Part shown: piece by piece, positions 46,141 through 54,861 of the stretch
Layout of the letters: each line of letters begins with the position of its first letter
How positions within the stretch are numbered: position 1 is the stretch's first letter
From: Alphaproteobacteria bacterium
GTDB lineage: Bacteria; Pseudomonadota; Alphaproteobacteria; Micropepsales; Micropepsaceae
Direction of reading: 5' to 3'
Length of the DNA: 64,000 bases
Assembly: GCA_013389115.1 (NCBI GenBank)
Contig: JACADY010000066.1
Span: forward strand, 17,775 to 81,774
Translations under genes and position numbers: made by a program
The notes under the pieces: model-generated
Databases searched by the model: none
The model's input: the letters and a program-made list of their open reading frames with translations, nothing else
What the model was told of the DNA's origin: nothing

Positions 46141-46422
46141 TCAGGGAGAAGGGTTGAAGTGGCTCCAGACATTGAGCGCACCGATCGCGATGAAGGCTAG
46201 CCCGGCCAGAAGCTTCAAGGGAAGTGCGTCCAGATACTCTCTTGCCATCGTGCCCACGAACACGGCGATCGCAGAAGTCACGATGAGGGCGGCGCTGCTT
46301 GCAACGAAGATGAGAGCGGGGCTGAGCTTGCCATCGGCGGCGAAGAGCGCCGTTGCCAGTTGCGTCTTGTCGCCCATCTCGACCAGCAGCACCGAGAGAA
46401 ACACAGTCAGTATCGCCGTCAT
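46141..46422 (-). CDS. UPF0016 (GDT1/TMEM165) family half-size membrane protein
   Basis: 93 aa, 3 TM, signature EMGDKTQ. Confidence 0.8.
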   Translation of the reverse strand: MTAILTVFLSVLLVEMGDKTQLATALFAADGKLSPALIFVASSAALIVTSAIAVFVGTMAREYLDALPLKLLAGLAFIAIGALNVWSHFNPSP

Positions 46423-46526
46423 CGGATCCTTATCGCCCGCTCACTTGCGGGCCTCCTGCATTGGTGGTGGACAGCGCGCTTCCTAGCACCGAAACTTCGG
46501 GCGGCGAAAACAGAAAGGAGAGCCCC

Positions 46527-46997
46527 ATGGCCAGCATAACGGCTTGCCTCTGGTTCAATGGCCGGATCGAGGAAGCGGCCGCTTTCTATGTCTCGGTGTT
46601 CAAAGACGCGAAGATCACGAGCCGCTCCCACTACGGGGAAGGCGCCCCAAGCCCCAAAGGCACGCCCATGGCGGTGACGCTCGATATCTTCGGGCAGCCC
46701 TTCATGCTCCTCAATGGCGGGCCGCATTTTAGCCAGAGCGAGGCCGTCTCGTTCATGGTTCCGTGCGAGACCCAGGACGAGGTCGACTATTACTGGAGCC
46801 GGCTGACGGCGGATGGCGGGCAGGAAAATGTCTGCGGCTGGCTGAAGGACAAGTTCGGCGTCTCCTGGCAGATCGTGCCCAGCATCATCTCCCGCGTCAT
46901 GCAGGAGCAGAATGCCGCCAAGACCGAGCGGCTGATGAAAGTCGTCATGGACATGCGCAAACCCGATGTCGCCGCGCTGACGGCGGCGGTGCACTAA
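46527..46997 (+). CDS. VOC-superfamily protein (PhnB / 3-demethylubiquinone-9 methyltransferase-domain-like)
   Basis: MASITACLWFNGRIEEAAAFYVSVF...DKFGVSWQIVP is the typical family signature. SD AAAGGAGAG lies upstream of ATG 46527. Confidence 0.8.
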   Translation: MASITACLWFNGRIEEAAAFYVSVFKDAKITSRSHYGEGAPSPKGTPMAVTLDIFGQPFMLLNGGPHFSQSEAVSFMVPCETQDEVDYYWSRLTADGGQENVCGWLKDKFGVSWQIVPSIISRVMQEQNAAKTERLMKVVMDMRKPDVAALTAAVH

Positions 46998-47027
46998 AAG
47001 CGCCCACGAGAGATGCGGCGGTCAGAC

Positions 47028-47095
47028 AAGGTGGATGGCCCCCGTTAGCGGGCCCTGACCCATGGGGGGGGTCACCCTCACCTTTCAGGAGGCAT
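47028..47095. repeat. REP-like elements upstream of the sulfatase gene
   Basis: AAGGTGGATGGCCCCCGTTAGCGGGCC...GGTCACCCTCACCTTTCAGGAGG is related to the GTGGATGG and CCTCACC motif families seen at 17808, 44081 and 12756. Confidence 0.65.
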
Positions 47096-47208
47096 GGCCG
47101 TTCGCTTGGTCTCGACGGGGGCGGCGAGGCCTTGTACATTCAAAAAAAAGCCCGTCGCGGGGTTCGCCTCCACAGGCCGGCGGGATTTGGCTTTCGGGGG
47201 AGATCGTT

Positions 47209-49233
47209 GTGCTGTCGTTACGTTTCTGGCTCGGATTGGGCGTGGGAATCGCCCTCTGCGCGCTCGTTGTTCTTGGCACCCTATCCTTCTTCGGCAGCCT
47301 GATCGGGCCGATGCTGATCGCCGCCCCCGCCATTCCCGTTCCCCCCGTCATTGCGCCAGCCGAGGCCACCAAGATGTCCATGCAGGAAGCCCGCGACCTC
47401 GTTGCCAACGATGACCGCAAGGATTTCGAATTCGCCGAGCGCGGCTTCATCGCGACCCGCAGCGACCCTATCATCCGCCGGGCCGATGGCGGGGTGGTCG
47501 TTGATCTCTCCTCCTATGACTTTCTGCAAGGACAGGCGCCCGAAAGCGTCAATCCGAGCCTGTGGCGGCACGCGCAGATCCTCACCAAGCACGGCCTCTT
47601 CAAGGTCATGGACGGCATCTATCAGGTGCGCGGCTTCGACATCTCGACCGTGACCTTCATCGATGCGGGCGAGGGGTGGATCGTCGTTGACCCCCTGACC
47701 ACGATGGAAGCGGCGAAGGCGGCCTATGACCTCGTGAGCGAGCATCTGGGGCAAAGGGCGATCCTCGCCGTCATCTATTCGCACAGCCATGGCGATCATT
47801 TCGGCGGCGCGGCGGGCATCATCTCGGCCGAGGACGCGCGCACGGTCCGGGTGAAGGTGATCGCGCCCGATGGCTTCCTAAAGGAGGCCGTGTCGGAAAA
47901 CATCATCGCAGGACCCGCCATGAGCCGGCGCGCGCGGTACCAATTCGGCATGACGCTGCCGCGCGGGCCCGAGGGCGAGGTCACCTCGGGCCTTGGCCCT
48001 GGCGTTTCACGCGGCACCATCTCGATGATCGCGCCCACGATCGACATCACGACGACCGGCCAGGAATTGACCATCGGCACGGTGACGCTGGTGTTCCAGG
48101 TGACGCCGGGAACCGAGGCGCCGGCCGAGATGAATTTCTATCTGCCGCAATTCCGCGCGGTGTTCATGGCCGAGAACGCGAACCTCACCATGCATAATCT
48201 GCTGCCGGCGCGGGGTGCGCTCGTGCGGGATTCCAAGGCATGGGCGGACTATCTCACCGAATCCATCCGCCTTTTCGGCGACAAGAGCGAGGTCATGTTC
48301 GCCGCGCATGGCATTCCGCGCTTTGGCCAGGCCGAAATCGTCGCGTTCCTGAAAAAGCACCGCGACGCCTATAAGTTCCTGCACGACCAATCCGTGCGCC
48401 TGATGAATGGCGGCCTGACGGCGGCGGAGATCGCCGAGGTTCTGGCGCTGCCCTCGGTGCTGGCCCGGGAGTGGTACAATCGTGGCTATTACGGCACGAT
48501 GAGCCATAATTCGAAGGCGATCTATCAGCGCTATATGGGCTGGTTCGACGCCAATCCGGCCAATCTGTGGCCCTTGCCGCCCGAGCCCGCCGCCAAGCTC
48601 TATGTCGAGGCCATGGGCGGGGCCGAGGCGGTGATGGCGCGTGCCAGGGAAGCGGCCGCAGCGGGCGATTATCGCTGGGCGGCGATGCTGCTCAATCACC
48701 TCGTCTTTGCCGATGCCGGCAACGAGGCGGCGCGGAGCTTCCTCGCCGAGGTCTATACGCAGCTCGGCTTCCAGGCCGAGGCGGGGACGTGGCGCAACAT
48801 CTATCTCACCGGCGCCCAGGAGCTGCGCAGCGGAGTGCTGCGCCTTCCGCCCGCGACGGTGAGTGCGGAGATGCTGGATGCGACTACAACGGCGATGCTG
48901 CTCGACTTCGCGGCCGTGCGGGTCAATCCTGAAAAGGCGCTCGCGCAGTCCTTCGCCCTCAACATCGAGATCACGGACCGGGGCGAACGTGTACTGGTGA
49001 CGGTCGAGAACGGGGTTCTCATCCACGAAGAGGGGGTGAGCGACAAGGCGGCCGGGGCGAGCGTGCAAATCACGCGCGGCGACCTCGTCAAGTGCCTGTT
49101 CGGGGGCAGCGCGGTGGCGGCGGTGATCAAGGCCTCGGGCGGCGTCACCATCACGGGGGACGCGGCCCTGTTCGATGCGCTCGTCTCGCTCATCGAGCCG
49201 GTCGATGCCAATTTCAATATCGTGACGCCCTAA
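47209..49233 (+). CDS. MBL-fold alkyl/aryl-sulfatase (SdsA1/BDS1 family)
   Basis: Metal motif HSHGDHFGG, dimerisation and SCP2-like C-terminal regions. Start proposed at GTG 47209 behind GGGGGAG with a signal/TM segment. Track start 47062 lies inside the repeats. Confidence 0.85.
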   Translation: MLSLRFWLGLGVGIALCALVVLGTLSFFGSLIGPMLIAAPAIPVPPVIAPAEATKMSMQEARDLVANDDRKDFEFAERGFIATRSDPIIRRADGGVVVDLSSYDFLQGQAPESVNPSLWRHAQILTKHGLFKVMDGIYQVRGFDISTVTFIDAGEGWIVVDPLTTMEAAKAAYDLVSEHLGQRAILAVIYSHSHGDHFGGAAGIISAEDARTVRVKVIAPDGFLKEAVSENIIAGPAMSRRARYQFGMTLPRGPEGEVTSGLGPGVSRGTISMIAPTIDITTTGQELTIGTVTLVFQVTPGTEAPAEMNFYLPQFRAVFMAENANLTMHNLLPARGALVRDSKAWADYLTESIRLFGDKSEVMFAAHGIPRFGQAEIVAFLKKHRDAYKFLHDQSVRLMNGGLTAAEIAEVLALPSVLAREWYNRGYYGTMSHNSKAIYQRYMGWFDANPANLWPLPPEPAAKLYVEAMGGAEAVMARAREAAAAGDYRWAAMLLNHLVFADAGNEAARSFLAEVYTQLGFQAEAGTWRNIYLTGAQELRSGVLRLPPATVSAEMLDATTTAMLLDFAAVRVNPEKALAQSFALNIEITDRGERVLVTVENGVLIHEEGVSDKAAGASVQITRGDLVKCLFGGSAVAAVIKASGGVTITGDAALFDALVSLIEPVDANFNIVTP

Positions 49234-49240
49234 GGGCGGC

Positions 49241-49315
49241 TGGCTGGGGCGCCAGGATTCGAACCTGGGAATGGCGGAATCAAAATCCGCTGCCTTACCA
49301 CTTGGCTACGCCCCA
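49241..49315 (-). tRNA. tRNA-Gln (anticodon UUG)
   Basis: Minus strand: TGGGGCG TA GCC AAGTGGTAA GGC A GCGGA TTTTGAT TCCGC CATTC CCAGG TTCGAAT CCTGG CGCCCCA G CCA. Full cloverleaf with encoded CCA. Confidence 0.9.
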
Positions 49316-49505
49316 ATCGACGCCCGTTCGCCCGGGAGCGGCGAAAGACAACTCACCCTTACGCAACCGCAATTCCGGACGGAAACCGGTTTCCGCTTAT
49401 GCTGGAATTGCGGTTGAGGGCGCGGACCATAAAGAGCGCCGCGCAGGAAGGCAATGGCAGGCCCGTCTGGGCGGTATCAATTCGCGGGCGCCTTTGCTCT
49501 TGCGC

Positions 49506-49534
49506 TTGCAGGCGGCACCCCCGCCCGCTATAAG
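49506..49534 (+). promoter_or_regulatory. Sigma-70-type promoter candidate for tRNA-Pro
   Basis: TTGCAG (49506-49511), 17-nt spacer, TATAAG (49529-49534). The -10 hexamer ends 12 nt before the mature tRNA 5' end. Confidence 0.45.
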
Positions 49535-49546
49535 CCCACGCTCGTT

Positions 49547-49623
49547 CGGAGAGTAGCTCAGCCTGGTAGAGCACTGCTTTCGGGAGGCAGGGGCCGGAGG
49601 TTCGAATCCTCTCTCTCCGACCA
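49547..49623 (+). tRNA. tRNA-Pro (anticodon CGG)
   Basis: CGGAGAG TA GCTC AGCCTGGTA GAGC A CTGCT TTCGGGA GGCAG GGGCC GGAGG TTCGAAT CCTCT CTCTCCG A CCA. Full cloverleaf. Confidence 0.88.
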
Positions 49624-49735
49624 TTCATTCGTGCCCCCTCCCCGTTTCCTTTCATCCACCCTCCGCACTTCAAGCCCTTTCCGGGCCGGGAGCGGGAAAC
49701 GACCCGCTGCTATTCCCACATAGAATTTGTGCCGA

Positions 49736-49749
49736 TTGATCCAAATCAA
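49736..49749. promoter_or_regulatory. Perfect FNR/FixK-type box TTGAT-N4-ATCAA
   Basis: TTGATCCAAATCAA is centred about 75 nt upstream of ATG 49818 of the diiron ferritin-like gene. Confidence 0.55.
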
Positions 49750-49817
49750 CGCGGAAGGCTGACGCACGCGTCACGTTTGTCCCAGAGGGAGCCCAAAACG
49801 CCCAATAGGGAGAAAAC

Positions 49818-50948
49818 ATGACGCGCGAGATCCTCACCCGGCAGATCACAAAAGACCGCATCTATGACACGGTCGATCCGCAAGACTTCCAGGCCATGAT
49901 CGATGTCGAACGCTATGGCCAGCGCACCTCCGCCTTCGACAAGATCATCTCGGCGACGCATGACCATTTCTGGGATCCGGTCGATACGAAATATATCGAC
50001 TTCGACCAGCCCTTCGATATGGAAAATGCCTATCTCGTCGATCCCAAGCTCGTCGCCGCCTCGCGCACCGCGATCTGGGATGAGTTGGACGAAAAGCGCC
50101 GGATCAAGCTTGCCAATCTGGAGACGTGGTGGTCGATGTCCTCGGTCCTGCACGGCGAACAGGGCGCGCTCGCATTGTCGGCCTCGCTTTGCCACATCCT
50201 CAAGGATCCGGGCGCGCAGGAATATGCCGCCAACCAGGCGCGCGAAGAGGCGCGGCATGTGACCGCCTTTGCGCGCTATGTGAAGACGCGTTGGGGTAAG
50301 CCCATTCAGGTCGGGCCGGCGTTGGGCAATCTGCTCACCGAAATGGTGAATTCCGATCTCGCATGGAAAAAGATCGTCGGCATGCAGCTGCTGGTCGAGG
50401 GGCTCGCGATGGGTGCCTTCGCCACCTTCTATCAGGAGGCGCGCGATCCGGTGATCGTGAAGCTTTGCCAGCTCGCCATGACGGACGAAGCCTTTCATCA
50501 CAAATTCGGCAAGATCTGGGCGGATCGTACGATCCCCAAATTGTCGGAAGAGGAACGCAACGCCATCGAGGATTGGGCGGCGCAGGTGTTCCAGACGCTG
50601 CTCTTCAACCTCGCCTCGCCCGAACAGAAAAAGCCCATCTATGCGATGGTCGGGCTCGACTGGCAAAGGGTGCAGTCGGCGTTCCTCGAGGCGCTGACCG
50701 ATGAGCGGCTGCGCGAGGACATGCAGCACTCGACCAACATCTTCCGTGTGCTGATCAAGACGCTGGTGAAGGCCGGGATCGTCACCAAACGGACGGCGCT
50801 GATCTATACGGCCTATGTCAATGTCGATGAGCTTCGGCATGAAAGCGATGAGATGGTCGGCGATGCGATCGCCGAACAGGGCATCGACTTCCTCAAGCAG
50901 ATCAATGCCGCCAAGGCGAAGACGGGCAGCGTGCTCGCGGCGGAGTGA
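49818..50948 (+). CDS. Ferritin-like diiron-carboxylate protein (AurF / diiron oxygenase-like)
   Basis: 376 aa with two E...ExxH pairs: HGEQGA...REEARH and LLVEGL...TDEAFHH. SD GGGAG lies upstream. Confidence 0.75.
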   Translation: MTREILTRQITKDRIYDTVDPQDFQAMIDVERYGQRTSAFDKIISATHDHFWDPVDTKYIDFDQPFDMENAYLVDPKLVAASRTAIWDELDEKRRIKLANLETWWSMSSVLHGEQGALALSASLCHILKDPGAQEYAANQAREEARHVTAFARYVKTRWGKPIQVGPALGNLLTEMVNSDLAWKKIVGMQLLVEGLAMGAFATFYQEARDPVIVKLCQLAMTDEAFHHKFGKIWADRTIPKLSEEERNAIEDWAAQVFQTLLFNLASPEQKKPIYAMVGLDWQRVQSAFLEALTDERLREDMQHSTNIFRVLIKTLVKAGIVTKRTALIYTAYVNVDELRHESDEMVGDAIAEQGIDFLKQINAAKAKTGSVLAAE

Positions 50949-50985
50949 CAGGTTCAAGGGGGAGGGGGCCCCTCCCCTTCACTTG

Positions 50986-51017
50986 GGGCGGCTCTCCCAT
51001 GAGCCGCCCTTATTTTT
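50986..51017 (+). terminator. Intrinsic terminator after the ferritin-like gene
   Basis: GGGCGGCTC-tcccat-GAGCCGCCC (9-bp perfect stem) followed by TTATTTTT. It is preceded by the palindrome GGGGAGGGG-g-CCCCTCCCC (50959-50977). Confidence 0.7.
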
Positions 51018-51288
51018 GGCCCCCGGGCACATAGGGTCCCTTGTAGATCACGAGCGGATCATCCTTTTCGCGCGGCACTGTCTCAACCGGCGTTTCGCGC
51101 AGCCAAGCCTTGCCGGGCACGGGGGCATCGTATTTCCAGTTCGTCGCCATGGGCAGGCGCGCCGCGATCGCAGCGGCATTGTCGAGCCCAGCGAAATCTG
51201 GCGGCGCCCCCTTCCTTGGCAGCTTCTGGGCGCGTGCCTTCGTGATGGCCGCCATCGCCCCTTGATCATCGCCCGCGCGCGCGCGCAA
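51010..51288 (-). CDS. Hypothetical protein
   Basis: 92-aa ORF with high GC3. The more likely start is ATG 51255 (MAAITKARAQKL...). No family recognised. Confidence 0.45.
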   Translation of the reverse strand: MRARAGDDQGAMAAITKARAQKLPRKGAPPDFAGLDNAAAIAARLPMATNWKYDAPVPGKAWLRETPVETVPREKDDPLVIYKGPYVPGGQK

Positions 51289-51691
51289 TCGCCAGATTGT
51301 AAAAGTAAAGGACGTTGTCCTTATCCTTCGCGATCGCCGCCTCGAAGTCCGGGATCGCGCCCGTGGGATCGTTCATGTAGAGTTTGGCCGCACCGCGTCC
51401 GTTCAAGGCGTCCGCGTAAGTTTCACGCATGTGCAGCGATTCTTCGAAATGGACGATCGCCAGAGGATAGTCGCCCAGGTCGATGAGCGCGATCCCCAGC
51501 CCCGCAAAGGCCCAGGCGGCCGTTCCTTCGCGCATCCAGGGGGCGACCAGGATGTTCTGGCACGCGCTCAACCGGAGTTCGGGTGAAACTTCGACGCCTT
51601 CGCAACCCGTCACGTTCTTCTTGTCGAGTGCGAAAGAGGGCTCAGCCCCCAAAGCCGCAAGCAGCAGCGCCAACGCAAGCCTGACCCGCAT
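51266..51691 (-). CDS. Secreted TPR-repeat protein
   Basis: Signal peptide MRVRLALALLLAALGAEPSFA. TPR-like repeats (...YPLAIVHFEESL..., ...GAIPDFEAAIAKDKDNVLYFYNLA...). Confidence 0.7.
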   Translation of the reverse strand: MRVRLALALLLAALGAEPSFALDKKNVTGCEGVEVSPELRLSACQNILVAPWMREGTAAWAFAGLGIALIDLGDYPLAIVHFEESLHMRETYADALNGRGAAKLYMNDPTGAIPDFEAAIAKDKDNVLYFYNLAIARARGR

Positions 51692-51774
51692 GTGAGCCCC
51701 CGCCCCTCATCTGTCCCGGCCAACATGGTAAAACAATTCCCGTGCCTGCGCCATTCAATCGATGGCGCCAAAGC

Positions 51775-52050
51775 TCAGCTGCGCCGACGGTCGGCGGCGA
51801 TGGCGTGGGCGCAGAGGCCTGGCATCGGCCCAAGCGGCGCGCCATCCTCCTTGCCCTCGACCGGAATCATCGCGCCGGTCTCATCGATGCGGAAGTACTT
51901 GATCCCCAAGAGAGTGCATATGGGGATGAGGCCCTCTTTTGTGGGCCCAAGCGCCTGACCATGCACGGGCCACGCAACGCCCATCGCGAAGGCCAGAAGG
52001 GCCAACACGCGCAGAGTGTAAAGGCGGCGCAGCAGGGGCATCAGAACCAT
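51775..52050 (-). CDS. Small secreted hypothetical protein
   Basis: 91 aa with signal-like N-terminus LRVLALLAFAMGVAWPVHG and high GC3. Confidence 0.45.
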   Translation of the reverse strand: MVLMPLLRRLYTLRVLALLAFAMGVAWPVHGQALGPTKEGLIPICTLLGIKYFRIDETGAMIPVEGKEDGAPLGPMPGLCAHAIAADRRRS

Positions 52051-52083
52051 TGCCTTTTCTCACCCAAGGCCCGTCTTGGTACC

Positions 52084-52097
52084 TTGAGGCAGATCAA
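52084..52097. promoter_or_regulatory. FixK/FNR-like box TTGA-N6-TCAA (9/10 to TTGAT-N4-ATCAA)
   Basis: TTGAGGCAGATCAA sits inside the larger inverted repeat CCTTGA-N6-TCAAGG. It is about 80 nt upstream of ATG 52171, in the divergent spacer with ORF 51775-52050. Confidence 0.35.
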
Positions 52098-52170
52098 GGC
52101 GAAAGCTTGCATCGGACGGCCCACCCCTGTCCAATCGTCGCAAGGATAACGAAAAGCAAAGGGTGGAACC

Positions 52171-53723
52171 ATGCATGGCGGGTTGATCAGCGGCGCGCGG
52201 ACCCTTGGTCTTTCGGCGCTCCAGGATCGCGCGGCGCGGGCGGCGAGCGGGTTCGCGGCGCTGGGCGTGACCCGCGACTCCTCGGTTGCGCTGATGCTGC
52301 GCAACGACTTCGCGTTCTTCGAAGCCTCGGGCGCCATCGGGCAATTGGGCGCCTATCCGGTGCCCGTCAACTGGCACTACACGGGCGAGGAGGCGGGCTA
52401 TATCTTCCAGAATTGCGGCGCCCGGGCCATCGTCATCCATGCCGATCTCGTGCCGCAGGCGGAAAAGGGCTTCCCCCAAGGGGTGCCCGTCTTCGTCGTG
52501 CCAACGCCGCCCGAGATCGCTGCGGCCTATCAGATCGCGCCGGGACTCTGTGCCGTTCCTCAAGGCATGACAGATTGGAATTCGTGGGTTGCATCCCATG
52601 CCCCGCGCGCGCCCCAGCCGATCGAGCCGCCTTCCGCCATCATCTACACCTCGGGCACGACGGGGCGGCCCAAGGGCGTGCGGCGCGCGGCCCCCAGCCC
52701 GCAACAATATCTCGCGACGGTGCGCACCATCGCCGGCGTGTTCAGCCTTTCCAGCGCCATTCTCGCGCAGGATACAACGCCCATCACCACCATCATCCCC
52801 GGGCCGCTCTATCACTCCGCGCCCAATGCCTATGGCGGGTTTGCCGTGCGCGCGGGCGCCCGGATCATTCTCATGCCGCGCTTCGAGCCTGAGGAACTGC
52901 TTGCCACCATCGCGCGGGAAAAGGTCACGCATATCCAAATGGTGCCGACGATGTTCGTGCGCCTGCTCAAGCTGTCTGAGGCCGTCAGACGGCGCTATGA
53001 CCTGTCCTCGCTGCGCCATGTCGTCCATGCCGCGGCGCCCTGCCCTATGCATGTCAAGCGCGCCATGATCGAATGGTGGGGCCTGTCATCAACGAGTATT
53101 ACGGCTCAACCGAGACCAGCGCTGTCACCTTTTGCACGGCCGAGGAGTGGCTCACCCATCCCGGCACGGTCGGGCGGCCGATGGCGGATGTGGGGCTGAA
53201 GATCCTGCGCGAGGATGGCAGCGCGGCGCCCCAGGGCGAGGCGGGCGATGTCTATTGCCGGCTCCTCTCGGGCACCGATTTCACCTATCACGGCGATGAC
53301 GCGAAACGGCAATCGGCCGAGCGCGATGGACTCATCTCGGTCGGCGATATCGGCTATCTCGACAAGGATGGATTCCTGTTGCTCTGCGACCGCCGCAATC
53401 AGATGGTCATATCGGGGGGCGTCAACATTTATCCCGCCGAGATCGAGTCCGAGCTGTTGAAGCTGCAAGGGGTCGCCGATTGCGCCGTGTTCGGCATTCC
53501 GGACGAGGAATTCGGCGAGAGCCTTGCCGCCGTCATCCAGCCGCAGCCCGGCGCGGACCTCTCCGCCGAGGGTGTGCGGCGCGACCTCGCGCTTCACCTC
53601 GCCAAATACAAGATTCCCAGAGTGATCACGTTCGCGGCCGAACTCCCGCGCGAAGATTCAGGAAAGATATTCAAACGCCAATTGCGCGCGCCTTATTGGG
53701 AGAAGACGGGACGCCAGATCTGA
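52171..53723 (+). pseudogene. Acyl-CoA synthetase (AMP-forming) split by a 1-nt frameshift near 53080-53084
   Basis: ORF 52171-53199 carries YTSGTTGRPKGV and ends its homology at ...MIEWWG. ORF 53073-53723, in the -1 frame, continues with PVINEYYGSTE...HPGTVGRP...GKIFKRQLR. The intact paralog at 41294 reads MIAWWGPILHEYYAGTEG across the same point. Confidence 0.8.
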
Positions 53724-53809
53724 GCGAAACAAATTGTAATGCAACTCACTTACCCTATGGGAAGCATCTGTGGCATCATGACTGCGTGTTGTTCTCAAGG
53801 GGGCGTTCA

Positions 53810-54811
53810 ATGAAGCCGCGGATTGCCTTTGCCACGTGCCTCATCCTTGCGGGAACGGTGGAGCTTGCCCGCGCCGAGGATGGCGAGAAGCCGGGCGTGT
53901 TCTCATTTCTCCTCGAAAACGATACGTTCGCGGACAGCGACAAATACTACACCAATGGCGTCAAGCTCTCTTATCTCGCGCCGGATGACCCGCTGCCGTC
54001 CTGGCTCGACCCCGTCGACCGGATGGGGCGCCCCGTCTATGGCGATGAGGCGCGCGTGCGCTGGGGCTTTGCGATCGGGCAAAGCCTCTATACGCCCAGC
54101 GACACGTCATTGACCGTGCCTGATCCGACGGATCGGCCCTATGCGGCCTGGCTCTATGGCGCGCTCTCGCTCGTTGCCTATTCAGAGGGCGAGAGCATCG
54201 ACACGATCGAGCTGCATATGGGGGTGGTCGGCCCCTCGGCGCTTGGTGAAGAGGTGCAGAACGGATTTCACGACCTCATCAATGACGGCGAGGCACAGGG
54301 CTGGGACTACCAGCTCGAAGACGAGTTCGGCATCATGGTTCTTGCCGAGCATCGCTGGGTGAGCCAGACGCTCATCGATTTCGACAGCGGCCTTGGACTT
54401 GATTTCAGCCCCCATGTCGGGATCGCGCTCGGCAATGTGCAGACCTATGCGGCGGCGGGGGCGATGCTGAGGTTCGGACAAAATCTCAGCTCGGATTTCG
54501 GCGCGCCGCGCATTCGCCCCGCGCTCAGCGGCTCGGCCTTTTTCGACGGGACGCAGGATTTTGCCTGGTACGTCTTTGCAGGCGTCGAGGGGCGTGCGGT
54601 CGCTCAGGATATTTTCCTCGATGGCAATACGTTCAGCGACTCGCCCCCCTCCGTCGACAAGAATTGGCTCGTTGGCGATGTTCAGGCCGGCGTCAGCCTC
54701 ATCCTCTATGGCACGCGCATCACCTATTCCTATGTGCATCGAACCGAGGAATTCGAAGGCCAGGAAGAGGCGGCCGAGTTCGGTGCCATCAGCATTTCGC
54801 GGTCATTCTAA
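53810..54811 (+). CDS. Outer-membrane lipid A deacylase LpxR-family (DUF2219) protein
   Basis: Signal peptide MKPRIAFATCLILAGTVELARA. ...FLLENDTFADSDKYYTNGVKLSY... is the family motif. Beta-barrel-like, ending with Phe. Confidence 0.7.
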   Translation: MKPRIAFATCLILAGTVELARAEDGEKPGVFSFLLENDTFADSDKYYTNGVKLSYLAPDDPLPSWLDPVDRMGRPVYGDEARVRWGFAIGQSLYTPSDTSLTVPDPTDRPYAAWLYGALSLVAYSEGESIDTIELHMGVVGPSALGEEVQNGFHDLINDGEAQGWDYQLEDEFGIMVLAEHRWVSQTLIDFDSGLGLDFSPHVGIALGNVQTYAAAGAMLRFGQNLSSDFGAPRIRPALSGSAFFDGTQDFAWYVFAGVEGRAVAQDIFLDGNTFSDSPPSVDKNWLVGDVQAGVSLILYGTRITYSYVHRTEEFEGQEEAAEFGAISISRSF

Positions 54812-54861
54812 TAAGGGTCGAACCCCCTCCTCCTTCAAGGGGAGGGAGCCGATGGCGGCAG

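Noticed and set aside
47142-47162. A8 tract followed by GCCCGTCGCGGGG, which on the minus strand would read as a hairpin plus T8 terminator.
   Set aside because: The stem is only 4-5 bp, and no minus-strand gene lies upstream of it (the sulfatase is on the plus strand). It was not called a terminator. A small minus-strand RNA ending here cannot be excluded without transcript data.
49241-49817. tRNA-Gln/tRNA-Pro as an integration site of a genomic island.
   Set aside because: There is no integrase, no direct repeat of either tRNA 3' end, and no compositional break that I could see in the flanking genes.
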